Of a stretch of 64,000 nucleotides of DNA, positions 1 to 9,423 are shown in pieces. The notes below the pieces were generated by a model, which was not told the DNA's origin, ran no database searches, and saw only the letters and a list, made by a program, of their open reading frames with translations. Source of the DNA: Candidatus Thorarchaeota archaeon (GTDB taxonomy: Archaea; Asgardarchaeota; Thorarchaeia; Thorarchaeales; Thorarchaeaceae). How positions within the stretch are numbered: the first letter of the stretch is position 1; every line of letters starts with the position of its first letter. Location of the stretch: assembly GCA_046482545.1 (NCBI GenBank), contig JAWOEX010000021.1, positions 128,001 through 192,000 on the forward strand, in the 5' to 3' direction. A program made the translations under genes and the position numbers.

Positions 1-744
1 TTTTGTAGCCGCCCAGCGCAGCAATTCCATGATGCGCTCATGGGGCTGTAGCATAGCCTCTGCAATATCCTCTACACTCGTCTTGTCGTCAACAAGCATT
101 AAGACATCGAATCCAAAATTGCGATACTTCTCTTTCATCGCTTTGTACAAATCGGAATCCAGAGATAGGGCATTCGAGTACTGTTCATGACGTTTTGGTA
201 TAGTATCTGACTTCAGAGTGAAGTCTTGCGGTTGCAGTTCCTCTTCAGGTTCTTTTCTTTCTTTAGGCTCTGGTTCTTTCGCTGGTGCTTCTTCGACAGC
301 CGGCTCAGGTTTCGCTTCAGAGAGACTTGGCTCGCTCTCGGTAGAAGCTGCCTTAATTGCAATGCTTTCTAGAACCTCTAAGTTGGATTCTGCGGACTCC
401 TCAAAATCATCAGGGGGAGGAGGCAAATCAATTCCTTCAAGTAATCGAAGAACATTCTTTGTCTTAGCGATTGCGAGTCCCAGCTGGAGCTCCGGTTCAT
501 AGAGAACTGTAAGAATCCAGTTAATATCAACTGGTGATAGTACAACGAGACCCTTTTCGGTGTCGATGGTCATAAGGCGCAAATCTGATTCATAGAGAGC
601 GATGCTGTCCTTCACCCGCGGAAAGAGCTCGTCAGGAAATGAAAAGCTAACGAAAGGTCTGCCAACTTTCGTCATCAATGAATAACCAAGCACTTGTTCG
701 TCAAACCGAAGCTTGGATAGCGCTCGCTCTAAGTCACTGGACAT
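1..744 (-). CDS. Roadblock/LC7-domain + winged-helix protein, runs off window edge (paralog of 2772..3701)
   Basis: Not in ORF track. Manual translation from ATG at 744: MSSDLERALSKLRFDEQVLGYSLMTKVGRPFVSFSFPDELFP...LQLGLAIAKTKNVLRLL, a Pro/Glu-rich linker, then VLMLVDDKTSVEDIAE; aligns with 2772..3701. Confidence 0.8.
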   Translation of the reverse strand, partial: MSSDLERALSKLRFDEQVLGYSLMTKVGRPFVSFSFPDELFPRVKDSIALYESDLRLMTIDTEKGLVVLSPVDINWILTVLYEPELQLGLAIAKTKNVLRLLEGIDLPPPPDDFEESAESNLEVLESIAIKAASTESEPSLSEAKPEPAVEEAPAKEPEPKERKEPEEELQPQDFTLKSDTIPKRHEQYSNALSLDSDLYKAMKEKYRNFGFDVLMLVDDKTSVEDIAEAMLQPHERIMELLRWAATK

Positions 745-997
745 TATCTGTGTACCTCTTCTGGGGATTGGGGCAGACCTAAACCTATCTCTGCATGAGA
801 ATGCAACCGCGGCAATCTGAAAAGGATTGCGGTTGAATCCTCGCATGACGACAGTCTCAGTTTGTCCTAATCAATCTAAAGGTGACATACTGGCCGTAGC
901 ATATTAACGCCAGTAACACAGGGATTCCATACCAAGAAAATGATTAAGAGTGATTGAATGTTAGATGAATAGTGCTAGAAAAGGTGGATATCACAAA

Positions 998-1594
998 ATG
1001 CGAAATCTATTGGGAGCAATTGCTTCTGTTCTGCTTGGATCCTATCTGTCATTCATGTTGATCGAAGGGAATGTTCTCCCATATTCTTCACCTTCTGATG
1101 CTTTGTGGTTTCTTATCGCCGGAGGAACTATACTCAATTCTGCGGTGACAGGTATATTCCAACCGAACTTCATTATACCCTATATTGGCATCTGGCTGAT
1201 TATGGGGCTTATATCAGGCGTATTCTCAATATCGAAAAGCAATACTGTTAGAACCGCTTTGTGGATAGCGGTGATTATTGCAATCTTATCAATCCTGTCA
1301 GCATTTCTGCAAAATCCCTCAATCTGGTTTGGGGACATGTTGGAACGGAATTCGTTCTTGCTAGCCCAGTTCGTTCAAGCTATACCAACTTCGCTTCTTT
1401 CTCTTCCAAGTGCGATACCTATGGTTTATGTTAAACAGGTGCTCTTTTCTGAGGGTGAACCAAAACCACCCAACGAGATTCGGACCAGATGTGAATGTGG
1501 AGCGGTATATAAGTCAAAGCCTATGCTCTGCGCCGAATGTGGCAGGGAGCTACATGACCCGGACTCCGAATCTCCAAAACAACAACAAGTGTAG
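998..1594 (+). CDS. Membrane protein with C-terminal zinc ribbon
   Basis: Several hydrophobic segments; CECG...CAECG at C-terminus; ATG 998 preferred over 965. Confidence 0.7.
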   Translation: MRNLLGAIASVLLGSYLSFMLIEGNVLPYSSPSDALWFLIAGGTILNSAVTGIFQPNFIIPYIGIWLIMGLISGVFSISKSNTVRTALWIAVIIAILSILSAFLQNPSIWFGDMLERNSFLLAQFVQAIPTSLLSLPSAIPMVYVKQVLFSEGEPKPPNEIRTRCECGAVYKSKPMLCAECGRELHDPDSESPKQQQV

Positions 1595-1596
1595 TC

Positions 1597-2115
1597 CTAG
1601 CGTTTTCGAGTAATGGCACCGCCCAGTACGCCGCCAATAGTTGCCCCAATAATTGGGTAGATAGTAGATTCAAGAAGGATTTGAAGTATGGTGAGCGATG
1701 CGGTTCCCAGAATAGCTGTGAAATTAACACCCGGAGCAATAAAGAACACAAGCAACCAATTCAAAACAGCTCCGGAAATGACTGAGAAAATGGATGCCAT
1801 AACTCCATTCGGAATCCCACGCGCTATCAGTCCAGCTATCAACCCCGCTGTGCCCCAAGCTAGAAACATGAGGACGGTGGCACCTTGAGCTCCAAAGCCG
1901 AGATAGGATGCCAAGCTAGTTGAACCGAGAGCACTCGGATAGAGTACAGTACTGACCACCGCAATTCTCAGCTCAAGGTCATTCCGTGACAAGAAATCTA
2001 TGACTATTAGAGGATCTATGATATCCTCCGGTATGAATTCGCCAAAGGCAAGAATTACAAATACAATCATATATGCTGCTACTAGGCCAATGACAGTACC
2101 AAGATTCTGTCCCAA
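1597..2115 (-). CDS. Hypothetical multi-pass membrane protein
   Basis: 4-5 TM segments, Gly-rich (GLIAGLIARG, GGVLGG). Confidence 0.7.
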   Translation of the reverse strand: MGQNLGTVIGLVAAYMIVFVILAFGEFIPEDIIDPLIVIDFLSRNDLELRIAVVSTVLYPSALGSTSLASYLGFGAQGATVLMFLAWGTAGLIAGLIARGIPNGVMASIFSVISGAVLNWLLVFFIAPGVNFTAILGTASLTILQILLESTIYPIIGATIGGVLGGAITRKR

Positions 2116-2251
2116 AACTAAGGTCCTCCGCGCTTATGGGATGATTCTAACACATGTACATTTATGGTTATTCTATATGGCCTTATAACCTATTTCTTAG
2201 GTGAATGACCTAGAAAGATTAAGCTGAATCCGTCAATAGCCAATTCCACTA

Positions 2252-2755
2252 TTAATTGGCCTTTATTGTCCATGTGCACGTTTCATCGCCCACAGCCTGA
2301 CAAGACTCTTGGTAGGATTCGCCCTTGAAACCCCGCAAGTCAAGTACTGCTTGAAATACGCCGCTAACAAGATTGCAATATTGCAGTCCGGGCATTTCTG
2401 TTATTTGAACATCTTGACAGATTACACAGTTATCATCTGTGAACTTAATCGTCTTCTTGTCGTCACTTATCCAAGTAGATGTGAACTCTTGGCCCGAATT
2501 GACCTTATACGCTAATCTGAGTGTGGATGCAAACTCATGAAACTCACCCGCGTGTTCGCTTATCTTTTCCGCATAGTCCATTAGAAGGTGTTCTCCAACA
2601 CGAAAACCAATATCCTTCAGCTGACCGTTGATTACTTCCACGCTTTGAGAGTGCTGAATCAAGTAGTTCATCAGCTCTCTATATACGGACTGGAACAGTG
2701 GTTTAGCCACTTTGTCAATCTTTAGGGCCCATGCAAGCTTTCCTTTCAATCCCAT
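2252..2755 (-). CDS. Bet3/TRAPP-like (V4R-fold) protein
   Basis: INGQLKDIGFRVGEHLLMDY and LQYCNLVSGVFQAVL resemble Bet3 helices; V4R-type C...GD..C C-terminus; start ATG 2755. Confidence 0.75.
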   Translation of the reverse strand: MGLKGKLAWALKIDKVAKPLFQSVYRELMNYLIQHSQSVEVINGQLKDIGFRVGEHLLMDYAEKISEHAGEFHEFASTLRLAYKVNSGQEFTSTWISDDKKTIKFTDDNCVICQDVQITEMPGLQYCNLVSGVFQAVLDLRGFKGESYQESCQAVGDETCTWTIKAN

Positions 2756-2771
2756 TGTGTTTCCCTCATCG

Positions 2772-3701
2772 TCATTCTTTTCGTGTTCTATTCGTGCGAA
2801 CAAACTTGACTCGCTTACCCCGGTATGGCACTATTGACTGGAGTACTTGGAAATACTGAATGCCTAATTCATCGGCGATTTCTTGGACTGTGTGGTTACC
2901 ATCACAGAACTCCAGAACTTGCCTGTGTTCACGCTTCGCTTTTCCAATGTTGCCACTGTAGACTGGACATTCCACAATTTCTCGTGTGTCAGCCTCCTGT
3001 TCTGATGGGCATTGAACCGAGACTACTCGCTTGGGTATAAGCCACTCTACAACAGGAATGATCCTATCTACTTGTTTGTCCAGTATCTCAGCTATCTGGA
3101 ATATAGTCCGCTTCTCATCAGCCATAAGTAGAACGTCTAGCGCTAGATTTCCAAACTTTTCAATCATCACAGTGTGGAGATCGGAGCCGCTTTTCATGGC
3201 TTCAGAATACAGTTCGTCCTTGTGAACGATGCAACCATGGCGGACCACAAAATCGTGGTTTTCATCTGCGGATATTTCAGGTTCCTGCTCTTGAATCTCG
3301 TCCCTTTCGCGTTCTTCATGTGGGTCCTCGCTTATAGTATAATCCGTAGACATAGGTGGATCCGGGAGAGCAGTATCCTGCAATGCCGTAACCACATCTC
3401 TAGTAGTTTGAAGAGAGGCGCCTAATGGTTTCTCAGGTACAAATAGAACACCAAGTACCCAGTTTTCATCAACACGCGAAAGAACGACCGTTCCTGCATC
3501 GGTGAGAACATTCACAAGTTTAAGTGATGACGCGTGCGCCTTCATCGTCCCTTTTAGCTGAGGCAAGATTTCTTCTGGCATGGAGAAGGAGAGAAATGGC
3601 TCCCCATCAGTAGTGAAAAGTGAATAGGCGCTGACTGATTCATCGAATCGCAGCTTCCCGAATACATGATCCAAATCCAAAGGCGTTTCACGTCCGTCCA
3701 C
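2772..3701 (-). CDS. Roadblock/LC7-domain protein with tandem winged-helix domains
   Basis: N-terminal roadblock pattern; DEKRTIFQIAE and CDGNHTVQEIADELG wHTH motifs. Confidence 0.75.
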   Translation of the reverse strand: MDGRETPLDLDHVFGKLRFDESVSAYSLFTTDGEPFLSFSMPEEILPQLKGTMKAHASSLKLVNVLTDAGTVVLSRVDENWVLGVLFVPEKPLGASLQTTRDVVTALQDTALPDPPMSTDYTISEDPHEERERDEIQEQEPEISADENHDFVVRHGCIVHKDELYSEAMKSGSDLHTVMIEKFGNLALDVLLMADEKRTIFQIAEILDKQVDRIIPVVEWLIPKRVVSVQCPSEQEADTREIVECPVYSGNIGKAKREHRQVLEFCDGNHTVQEIADELGIQYFQVLQSIVPYRGKRVKFVRTNRTRKE

Positions 3702-3740
3702 AACGAATAGAGTACTTAGAGATATATTGCAGTCTTTGAT

Positions 3741-4841
3741 TTAAGTAGCTTCTTCGGCTAGCTCATGTTTATCGGGCGGATTTTCGAGAAAGGAAATAAC
3801 ATCAGAAAGAGAAGGGTGCTCAGTAGATACTGAACTAACATATAGAGCAGCAACAGAATTTGCTAGCAACAGACACTCCCGGGGACTCAGTTCGAGCAAG
3901 GTCCCAAGAATAGTGCCCGCATTCCAAGCATCCCCAGCTCCACAGGAAACTCGACTTTTCACTTCAAACGCAGCTACAGTAATTTCCGAATCTGGAGTCA
4001 CTGATGCACTGTAGTGAGGGGTATGTAAGGCAACTTGAATTGCGCACTCAGAAGCCACTTGCTTGGCAGCTTCCAGCCATTTTCTCGGTTTTCCTCTGAC
4101 ACTGAGCCAATCCTTATCTCCAGAAGGAAGATTGTGGGCGAAGTAGCAAATTTCATTCTCGTTTGCACTGAGAATATCTACTAGGCCCCTGCATAACACC
4201 TCCTGTACAAGTGGTTCAACGATGGATGGGTTGTTGGAAGGATCTCCCATATCCATGAAAGTAATGGCATCTGAACTATCCCTGATGGCCCCGTAGAGGT
4301 CTTCAGCGAGGGCTGCTGCTCTCTCATTGTGGTTTAGACAGACAAGTGCTACTAAGGGACTTGCAAAAATTGCTTCAAGGTCATCATTGGTCAAATCACT
4401 GAATTGAAAGTTGGCTGCTGCTCCACTATCGCTTATCATGAGATTGACATTCCTGCCATTGTGCGCTGTTTCAATTGAAACCGTATACGAAAGGGTTCCG
4501 TCAGTATGAACATGCTTCAAATCAAGGTCGGGATGAACTAGGGTTCTCAGCAAATTCTTTCCCCATTCACTTGTTTTCACAATTAGATGCGGCTGGACAT
4601 TAAGTGAAAACAGAGCCGAGGCTGTATTGACTGCATTGCCGCCTCGGCGGATAAATTGTTCTGTGCCCATTAGATTACCACCTCCTTGATTAGCCAAGCG
4701 GTCCAAACCATCTGTGAATTCTTTATAGGAGGGGTATACCACGAAATGGTCAACGAAAAAATCTGGCAATATTACTGGAGGGCTAAAACCAAAGGGACCA
4801 GATAGTGCTTGTAGAAGATATTCAACTTCCAGTTTTGTCAC
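3741..4841 (-). CDS. PfkB-family carbohydrate kinase
   Basis: GGNAVNTA and GAGDAWNAG signatures. Confidence 0.9.
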   Translation of the reverse strand: MTKLEVEYLLQALSGPFGFSPPVILPDFFVDHFVVYPSYKEFTDGLDRLANQGGGNLMGTEQFIRRGGNAVNTASALFSLNVQPHLIVKTSEWGKNLLRTLVHPDLDLKHVHTDGTLSYTVSIETAHNGRNVNLMISDSGAAANFQFSDLTNDDLEAIFASPLVALVCLNHNERAAALAEDLYGAIRDSSDAITFMDMGDPSNNPSIVEPLVQEVLCRGLVDILSANENEICYFAHNLPSGDKDWLSVRGKPRKWLEAAKQVASECAIQVALHTPHYSASVTPDSEITVAAFEVKSRVSCGAGDAWNAGTILGTLLELSPRECLLLANSVAALYVSSVSTEHPSLSDVISFLENPPDKHELAEEAT

Positions 4842-4901
4842 CGCCAGGGTTTAGCCAAAGTGAGTCCGATTTCGGCTTATGCCTTGTCAATCAGCTTGTG
4901 C

Positions 4902-5111
4902 TCATCTTTCTATGTACTGTTCTATCGCTTCCACATTCTCAGAGTATTGAGTGTGACGCCGTAGATCGACAACAAGGCCGATGGAACGGGCCTCATTGAC
5001 TGTCAGCCCTGCCTCAGATAGTTCTCCCCGGCTAAATCCACGGCCAGATCTTCGGTCCTTGGTGTGAGGGGATTTCACAATTGGCTGAGCGCTATCTTCA
5101 AAACTCATCAT
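4902..5111 (-). CDS. rpl13e: 50S ribosomal protein L13e
   Basis: GRGFSRGEL...VDLRR...NVE motif. Confidence 0.9.
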   Translation of the reverse strand: MMSFEDSAQPIVKSPHTKDRRSGRGFSRGELSEAGLTVNEARSIGLVVDLRRHTQYSENVEAIEQYIER

Positions 5112-5191
5112 CTAAAGCTCCTTTAGATGACGGGACGCACAACTGTTCTATTATACTTTCGCGGTTGAAGTAACAGTGTATCGATACAAAA

Positions 5192-6025
5192 TTAGAACTC
5201 ATCAATTGTTGTCTGCTCTATCGAAGTGTGCGTAAGCATTCTTTGGAGTTTCTTTCTTTGGCGCGTGTTGATTTTTCCTAGAAATTTCATCATCTGAAAA
5301 GCATTAAGAGGGGCGTTACCTGCAAAATGGTTATTGAAATAGCCTAGTACAGTATCCGCCTTCTGCTGAATTTCATGAAGCCTTGGAACCCAATTCTCTA
5401 GTTCTTCAAGCGAATAGAGATAGTCATACCATGGATTTCGACCATGCCCATGCCAGCGTATATACGTGAAATCTGTTGTCACTCGCAAGTCTATTGGCAG
5501 TTTTGGTTCATCGACTATAACGTGTGCAATTTCGTAGTCCTCTAGTAGGGCCCATGTTTTCTTTTCCAACCAGCTTTCATGTCTAAATTCCATAGCATAT
5601 CGAAAAGAATCATCCAAGCCAGATAAGAAGGTCTCAAGATTGCCCATTGAGGATTTCTTCCATGGCGGTAACTGGATGAGAAGTACCTGTAGCCTATGAT
5701 CCAATGGCTCCATCAATGAGAAGAAACGTTTTAGAACATCACCGGCCTCACCCTCGAGCCGTAATCTGCTATCGTGAGTTACATCTCGAGGTAACTTAGC
5801 CGTGAAAAACTTGTCTTCAGGAAGGGTCTTTTCAAGATGGCGGATGAAAGAGGGCTTCGGAAGGGCATAGAATGTTGAGTTGATTTCTGCAGTATCAAAG
5901 TAGGTTAGATACTGTTTTAGCAAGGAAGAGCCGGAATGATAGAAGATTCCCATCCAGTCATCTTTGTAGGACCAGCCGCTCGTCCCGATATGAAGACCTT
6001 CAATCAATGCTGCCATCTCACTCAT
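5192..6025 (-). CDS. DUF72 family protein
   Basis: IGTSGWSY, EINSTFY, QLPP, EFRHESW, YIRWHG, YFNNH. Confidence 0.92.
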   Translation of the reverse strand: MSEMAALIEGLHIGTSGWSYKDDWMGIFYHSGSSLLKQYLTYFDTAEINSTFYALPKPSFIRHLEKTLPEDKFFTAKLPRDVTHDSRLRLEGEAGDVLKRFFSLMEPLDHRLQVLLIQLPPWKKSSMGNLETFLSGLDDSFRYAMEFRHESWLEKKTWALLEDYEIAHVIVDEPKLPIDLRVTTDFTYIRWHGHGRNPWYDYLYSLEELENWVPRLHEIQQKADTVLGYFNNHFAGNAPLNAFQMMKFLGKINTRQRKKLQRMLTHTSIEQTTIDEF

Positions 6026-6124
6026 ATTGAAAGATGTTATTCGTTCTTTTGAATGAGCTTGCTACAGCATTGAAGGCGAAACTCATAAGGTACTCTATTA
6101 ATGAAATAGTGTAAGAGGTCTTGT

Positions 6125-6433
6125 ATGAAAGCCGTCGATATCAAGGTCAAGCTAGAGAATCTCGTCACACATCAAGGAGACTTCAGTGATTCTAGCTTCA
6201 AAATGAAATGTGATGCGTCCTACGAGGATTTGATGCTTGTTTTGGAAGGAGATAAGCGAAGGGTAAGATTGCATGCGAGAAATATAGCCAATGCTCACCT
6301 CGAAAAGGATGCACTTCGCGTTAGTGGCATGAACTTCGAAGTAACGGAAGATAACAAGCCTAGCGTTGTCAGCGGTTCGGTACGCCTAGAGCTTGGTGAC
6401 GAAGCGAAAGCATGGTATGAAGAGATTTGGTAG
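6125..6433 (+). CDS. Hypothetical protein, possible PH-like fold
   Basis: Beta-rich 102 aa ending in EAKAWYEEIW helix; overlaps the start of glnA. Confidence 0.65.
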   Translation: MKAVDIKVKLENLVTHQGDFSDSSFKMKCDASYEDLMLVLEGDKRRVRLHARNIANAHLEKDALRVSGMNFEVTEDNKPSVVSGSVRLELGDEAKAWYEEIW

Positions 6434-7800
6434 AAGACAGTTTTATATCAAATCACTATACGGATAACACACATGATTGGGAGCAGATGATGTTGCAGGA
6501 TAGGATCGAATACGTAGAGTTCCGATTAGCTGACATATATGGGCGGCTCAAGGGAATGACTGTACCTTGTAAGCCAGCAAAGTCAGTTGAAGAACTTCTT
6601 GATGATCCCCTGATGGAAAAAGGTACCAGTATAGATGGGAGCTCAATTGTAGGCCTCTCAAGGGTAGAATCATCCGATTTGTTTCTACAACCAGAACCAG
6701 CCACAGCGGTAGAGCTTCCATATTGGGATGTTCGTACTGCAGCGGTGATGTGTTTTGTCAGGGAGAAAATGTTTGAAGATACAGAAGCTGAGTACTATCC
6801 AAGGGATACAAGGGGTCGCCTTCATCATGTTTGTGAAGAATACTTTCGGGACAATATGCAGCTTATGATCAAGACCGAACCGGAGTTCTACGCAATTACA
6901 CCAGATGGACAGCCTATCGATAGAGGAGAGTATGCAGATATATACCCCAAAAGTCCCACTACGTCGTATCTTCTCAATCTTTCAAATGCTTTGAGATTCG
7001 TTGGTATGGAATTACGGGTTATCCATCATGAAGTCGGATTAGCCCAGCAGGAAATCGAAATCAACTACAGTGATGCCAGACACATGGCGGATATGTTGCT
7101 ACTCTTTAAGAATCTCGCAAGAGCCGTGGCAATGGAACAATCAATGGACGTGACATTCATGCCAAAGCCATTCGATGGAGAAGCAGGAAACGGTCTCCAC
7201 TGCCATCTGCAGCTATGGGAGGATGGGGAGAACCTATTCGGTTCCGATAATGCAGGAAGTCTTTCAGAAGCAGCTGAGATGTTCGTAGCGGGTCTGCTTG
7301 AGCATGCTCCAGCAATCACTGCAATTGCAAATCCAACAGTGAACTCGTACAAACGCCTTGTACCTCATCAAGAAGCACCCGTGTATATTTCATGGGGTGA
7401 TAGGAACCGTACAGCATTAATTCGAGTTCCACTATTCAAATCCAAGAATGATGCTGCGATAGAATTTAGATCCCCTGATCCCTCTACAAACCCATATCTT
7501 CTTTTTTCAGCACTTATCGCAGCTGGTATGGATGGCATCGAGAAGGAACTGGAGCCAGCCTCGCCAGTATCCAAAGATGTCTTCAAGATGTCGGATAGCG
7601 AAAGGGAGCAACTTGGTATCGGTTCGTTGCCTTCAACACTTGGTTTTGCACTCAAGTACCTAGAAGAGGACGATGTCATCACCCAAGCGATCGGAGAGGA
7701 GATTGCTGAGGACTTCATTCAGCTGAAGAAGGATGAGTGGCTAGACTACGTAAACCGCAGTATTACCGATTTTGAATGGAATCGCTACAGGAATACCTAG
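6427..7800 (+). CDS. glnA: Glutamine synthetase family protein (type I)
   Basis: DGSSI, EPEF, HHEVG, NGLHCH, NSYKRL, NRTALIRVP, IEFRSPD. Confidence 0.85.
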   Translation: MVEDSFISNHYTDNTHDWEQMMLQDRIEYVEFRLADIYGRLKGMTVPCKPAKSVEELLDDPLMEKGTSIDGSSIVGLSRVESSDLFLQPEPATAVELPYWDVRTAAVMCFVREKMFEDTEAEYYPRDTRGRLHHVCEEYFRDNMQLMIKTEPEFYAITPDGQPIDRGEYADIYPKSPTTSYLLNLSNALRFVGMELRVIHHEVGLAQQEIEINYSDARHMADMLLLFKNLARAVAMEQSMDVTFMPKPFDGEAGNGLHCHLQLWEDGENLFGSDNAGSLSEAAEMFVAGLLEHAPAITAIANPTVNSYKRLVPHQEAPVYISWGDRNRTALIRVPLFKSKNDAAIEFRSPDPSTNPYLLFSALIAAGMDGIEKELEPASPVSKDVFKMSDSEREQLGIGSLPSTLGFALKYLEEDDVITQAIGEEIAEDFIQLKKDEWLDYVNRSITDFEWNRYRNT

Positions 7801-7886
7801 TAGGGATCAACGCCTCAATCATGCTCGTCGGAGGGACTCAATGTTAATATTGGTGAGCATATACATATTAAAAGAGGTTCACGAAG

Positions 7887-8666
7887 ATGAGTGAGGAATG
7901 TGAAAGCAAGGCCCTAGGTGCACCCATTGCCAAAATAGTACAAACAGAAGAATTAGAACTTGATGAGCCATTGCTGGTATGTGGCTTTCCATCTGCTGGA
8001 GTTGTTGGAACTATAGCTGCCAATACCATCATGGACCAGCTCGATATGAAGGAAGTAGCTCATCTTCGTTCTAGGCATTTGCCATCAGCTACGGTATTTC
8101 TAGATGGTAGGCTCAGGCACCCATTCAGAGTATACGCAAGTAAAGATGAAAACCTCCTTGTAATGACGACGGAACTTCCCGTTGCGGAAGAAGGAATGTA
8201 CGAAGTTAGCAGTGCGATTTTGGATTGGGCTGCTAGCGTAGGAGTAAGAGAAACCGTAATACTGGATGGTATTCCTGTTCAGGGTATCCCCTCCAATCGC
8301 AAAGTTTTGTATGCAGCTGAAGTGGAGAAACTAGAGGATCTTGAGGGGGATGAGAATGTTGAGATGCTTCAGAAAGGTATCATAACAGGCATTGCCGGGT
8401 CCATACTCTCAGAAACACTTTGTAGACCTATGGTTGGTTTTGCGTTTCTCACACCTGCTATTGCTGTTGTCCCCGATCCTGAGGGGGCAGCCATGCTGTT
8501 GGAGACACTCAGCAGGCACTATGAAATAGATATTGACACGGTTGAACTCAAAGAAAGTGCCGAGAATATCCGCAAGAAAATGAGAGAAATGGCCGAGCAG
8601 GTAGATGGGATGCGCAGAAAAAAACCAGGTGTTGAACATCCTGGTTTCGACAGGATTTACGCCTAG
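7887..8666 (+). CDS. Proteasome assembly chaperone (PAC2 family)
   Basis: GFPSAGVVGTIA, HPFRVY, PDPEGAA, C-terminal HbYX-like IYA. Confidence 0.88.
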   Translation: MSEECESKALGAPIAKIVQTEELELDEPLLVCGFPSAGVVGTIAANTIMDQLDMKEVAHLRSRHLPSATVFLDGRLRHPFRVYASKDENLLVMTTELPVAEEGMYEVSSAILDWAASVGVRETVILDGIPVQGIPSNRKVLYAAEVEKLEDLEGDENVEMLQKGIITGIAGSILSETLCRPMVGFAFLTPAIAVVPDPEGAAMLLETLSRHYEIDIDTVELKESAENIRKKMREMAEQVDGMRRKKPGVEHPGFDRIYA

Positions 8667-8690
8667 TTGGGGCCTTTGTACATCCATCTG

Positions 8691-8720
8691 GCAGTTGAAA
8701 GAAACAGGTCTTTCAACTGC
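8691..8720. terminator. Perfect 12-bp inverted repeat between convergent genes
   Basis: GCAGTTGAAAGA-AACAGG-TCTTTCAACTGC. Confidence 0.5.
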
Positions 8721-8801
8721 ATAATCCCAAGTACAGCTACATATACATAACAAGCTGGCAAGCTAGACACAGTAGTGCTCAGCAATCATGGGGCTGTAGA
8801 C

Positions 8802-9353
8802 CTATTCACCACAGTCTTTGTAGGCCATTGCTGCCCCTTCAGCGTTACGTTTCCCCACTTTGCCAGGCCAATTCTCTTCTATTACTTCCTGAACAGTCTC
8901 AAGTTTGACCAACCCTGTCGCTTTTGAGAAAGCACCGAGTGCAGGAGTATTAACAACCGGCAGACCAGATACTAATAGACCCAACTTCAAAGCAATCCCT
9001 GTTCCATCAAACGTATAGATTCGCCCACGTTCAATACCGAGATTATCAGGCTCTTTTTGAGTATTGATTATGACTTTTCCACCATCTTTCAGGCCTTCAC
9101 TTACATCCACGAGGTCAATTATGGTCGGGTCCAGCACTGTGACAATATCGGGCTCATAAACTTGGCTTCGAACATTAATCGGTTCGTCTGAAATCCGCGT
9201 GAAAGCCCGTACAGGAGCACCTCTACGTTCAGCCCCGAAGTAAGGGAATCCCTGCACACCCTTATAGCCATCCTTGTAAGCCGCCTTAGCAAGAAGCTCA
9301 GCTGAAGTAACACCGCCCTGGCCGCCTCTGCCATGCCATCGAACTTCTATCAT
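8802..9353 (-). CDS. porG: 2-oxoacid:ferredoxin oxidoreductase gamma subunit
   Basis: MIEVRWHGRGGQGGVT, FGAERRGAPV; start ATG 9353. Confidence 0.9.
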   Translation of the reverse strand: MIEVRWHGRGGQGGVTSAELLAKAAYKDGYKGVQGFPYFGAERRGAPVRAFTRISDEPINVRSQVYEPDIVTVLDPTIIDLVDVSEGLKDGGKVIINTQKEPDNLGIERGRIYTFDGTGIALKLGLLVSGLPVVNTPALGAFSKATGLVKLETVQEVIEENWPGKVGKRNAEGAAMAYKDCGE

Positions 9354-9423
9354 CTTTGAATCCCCAAAGCAGTCATGAGGAGGGGGGCAAGGGTACAGTA
9401 AAACCTTTTCGCTGTGACACATA

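Noticed and set aside
218-502. Ser/Gly-rich + strand ORF
   Set aside because: Antisense shadow of the Glu/Pro-rich linker of the real minus-strand gene 1..744.
796-848. SECIS-like element (ATGA followed by hairpin)
   Set aside because: No properly placed GA partner for the kink-turn and no adjacent gene with an in-frame TGA.
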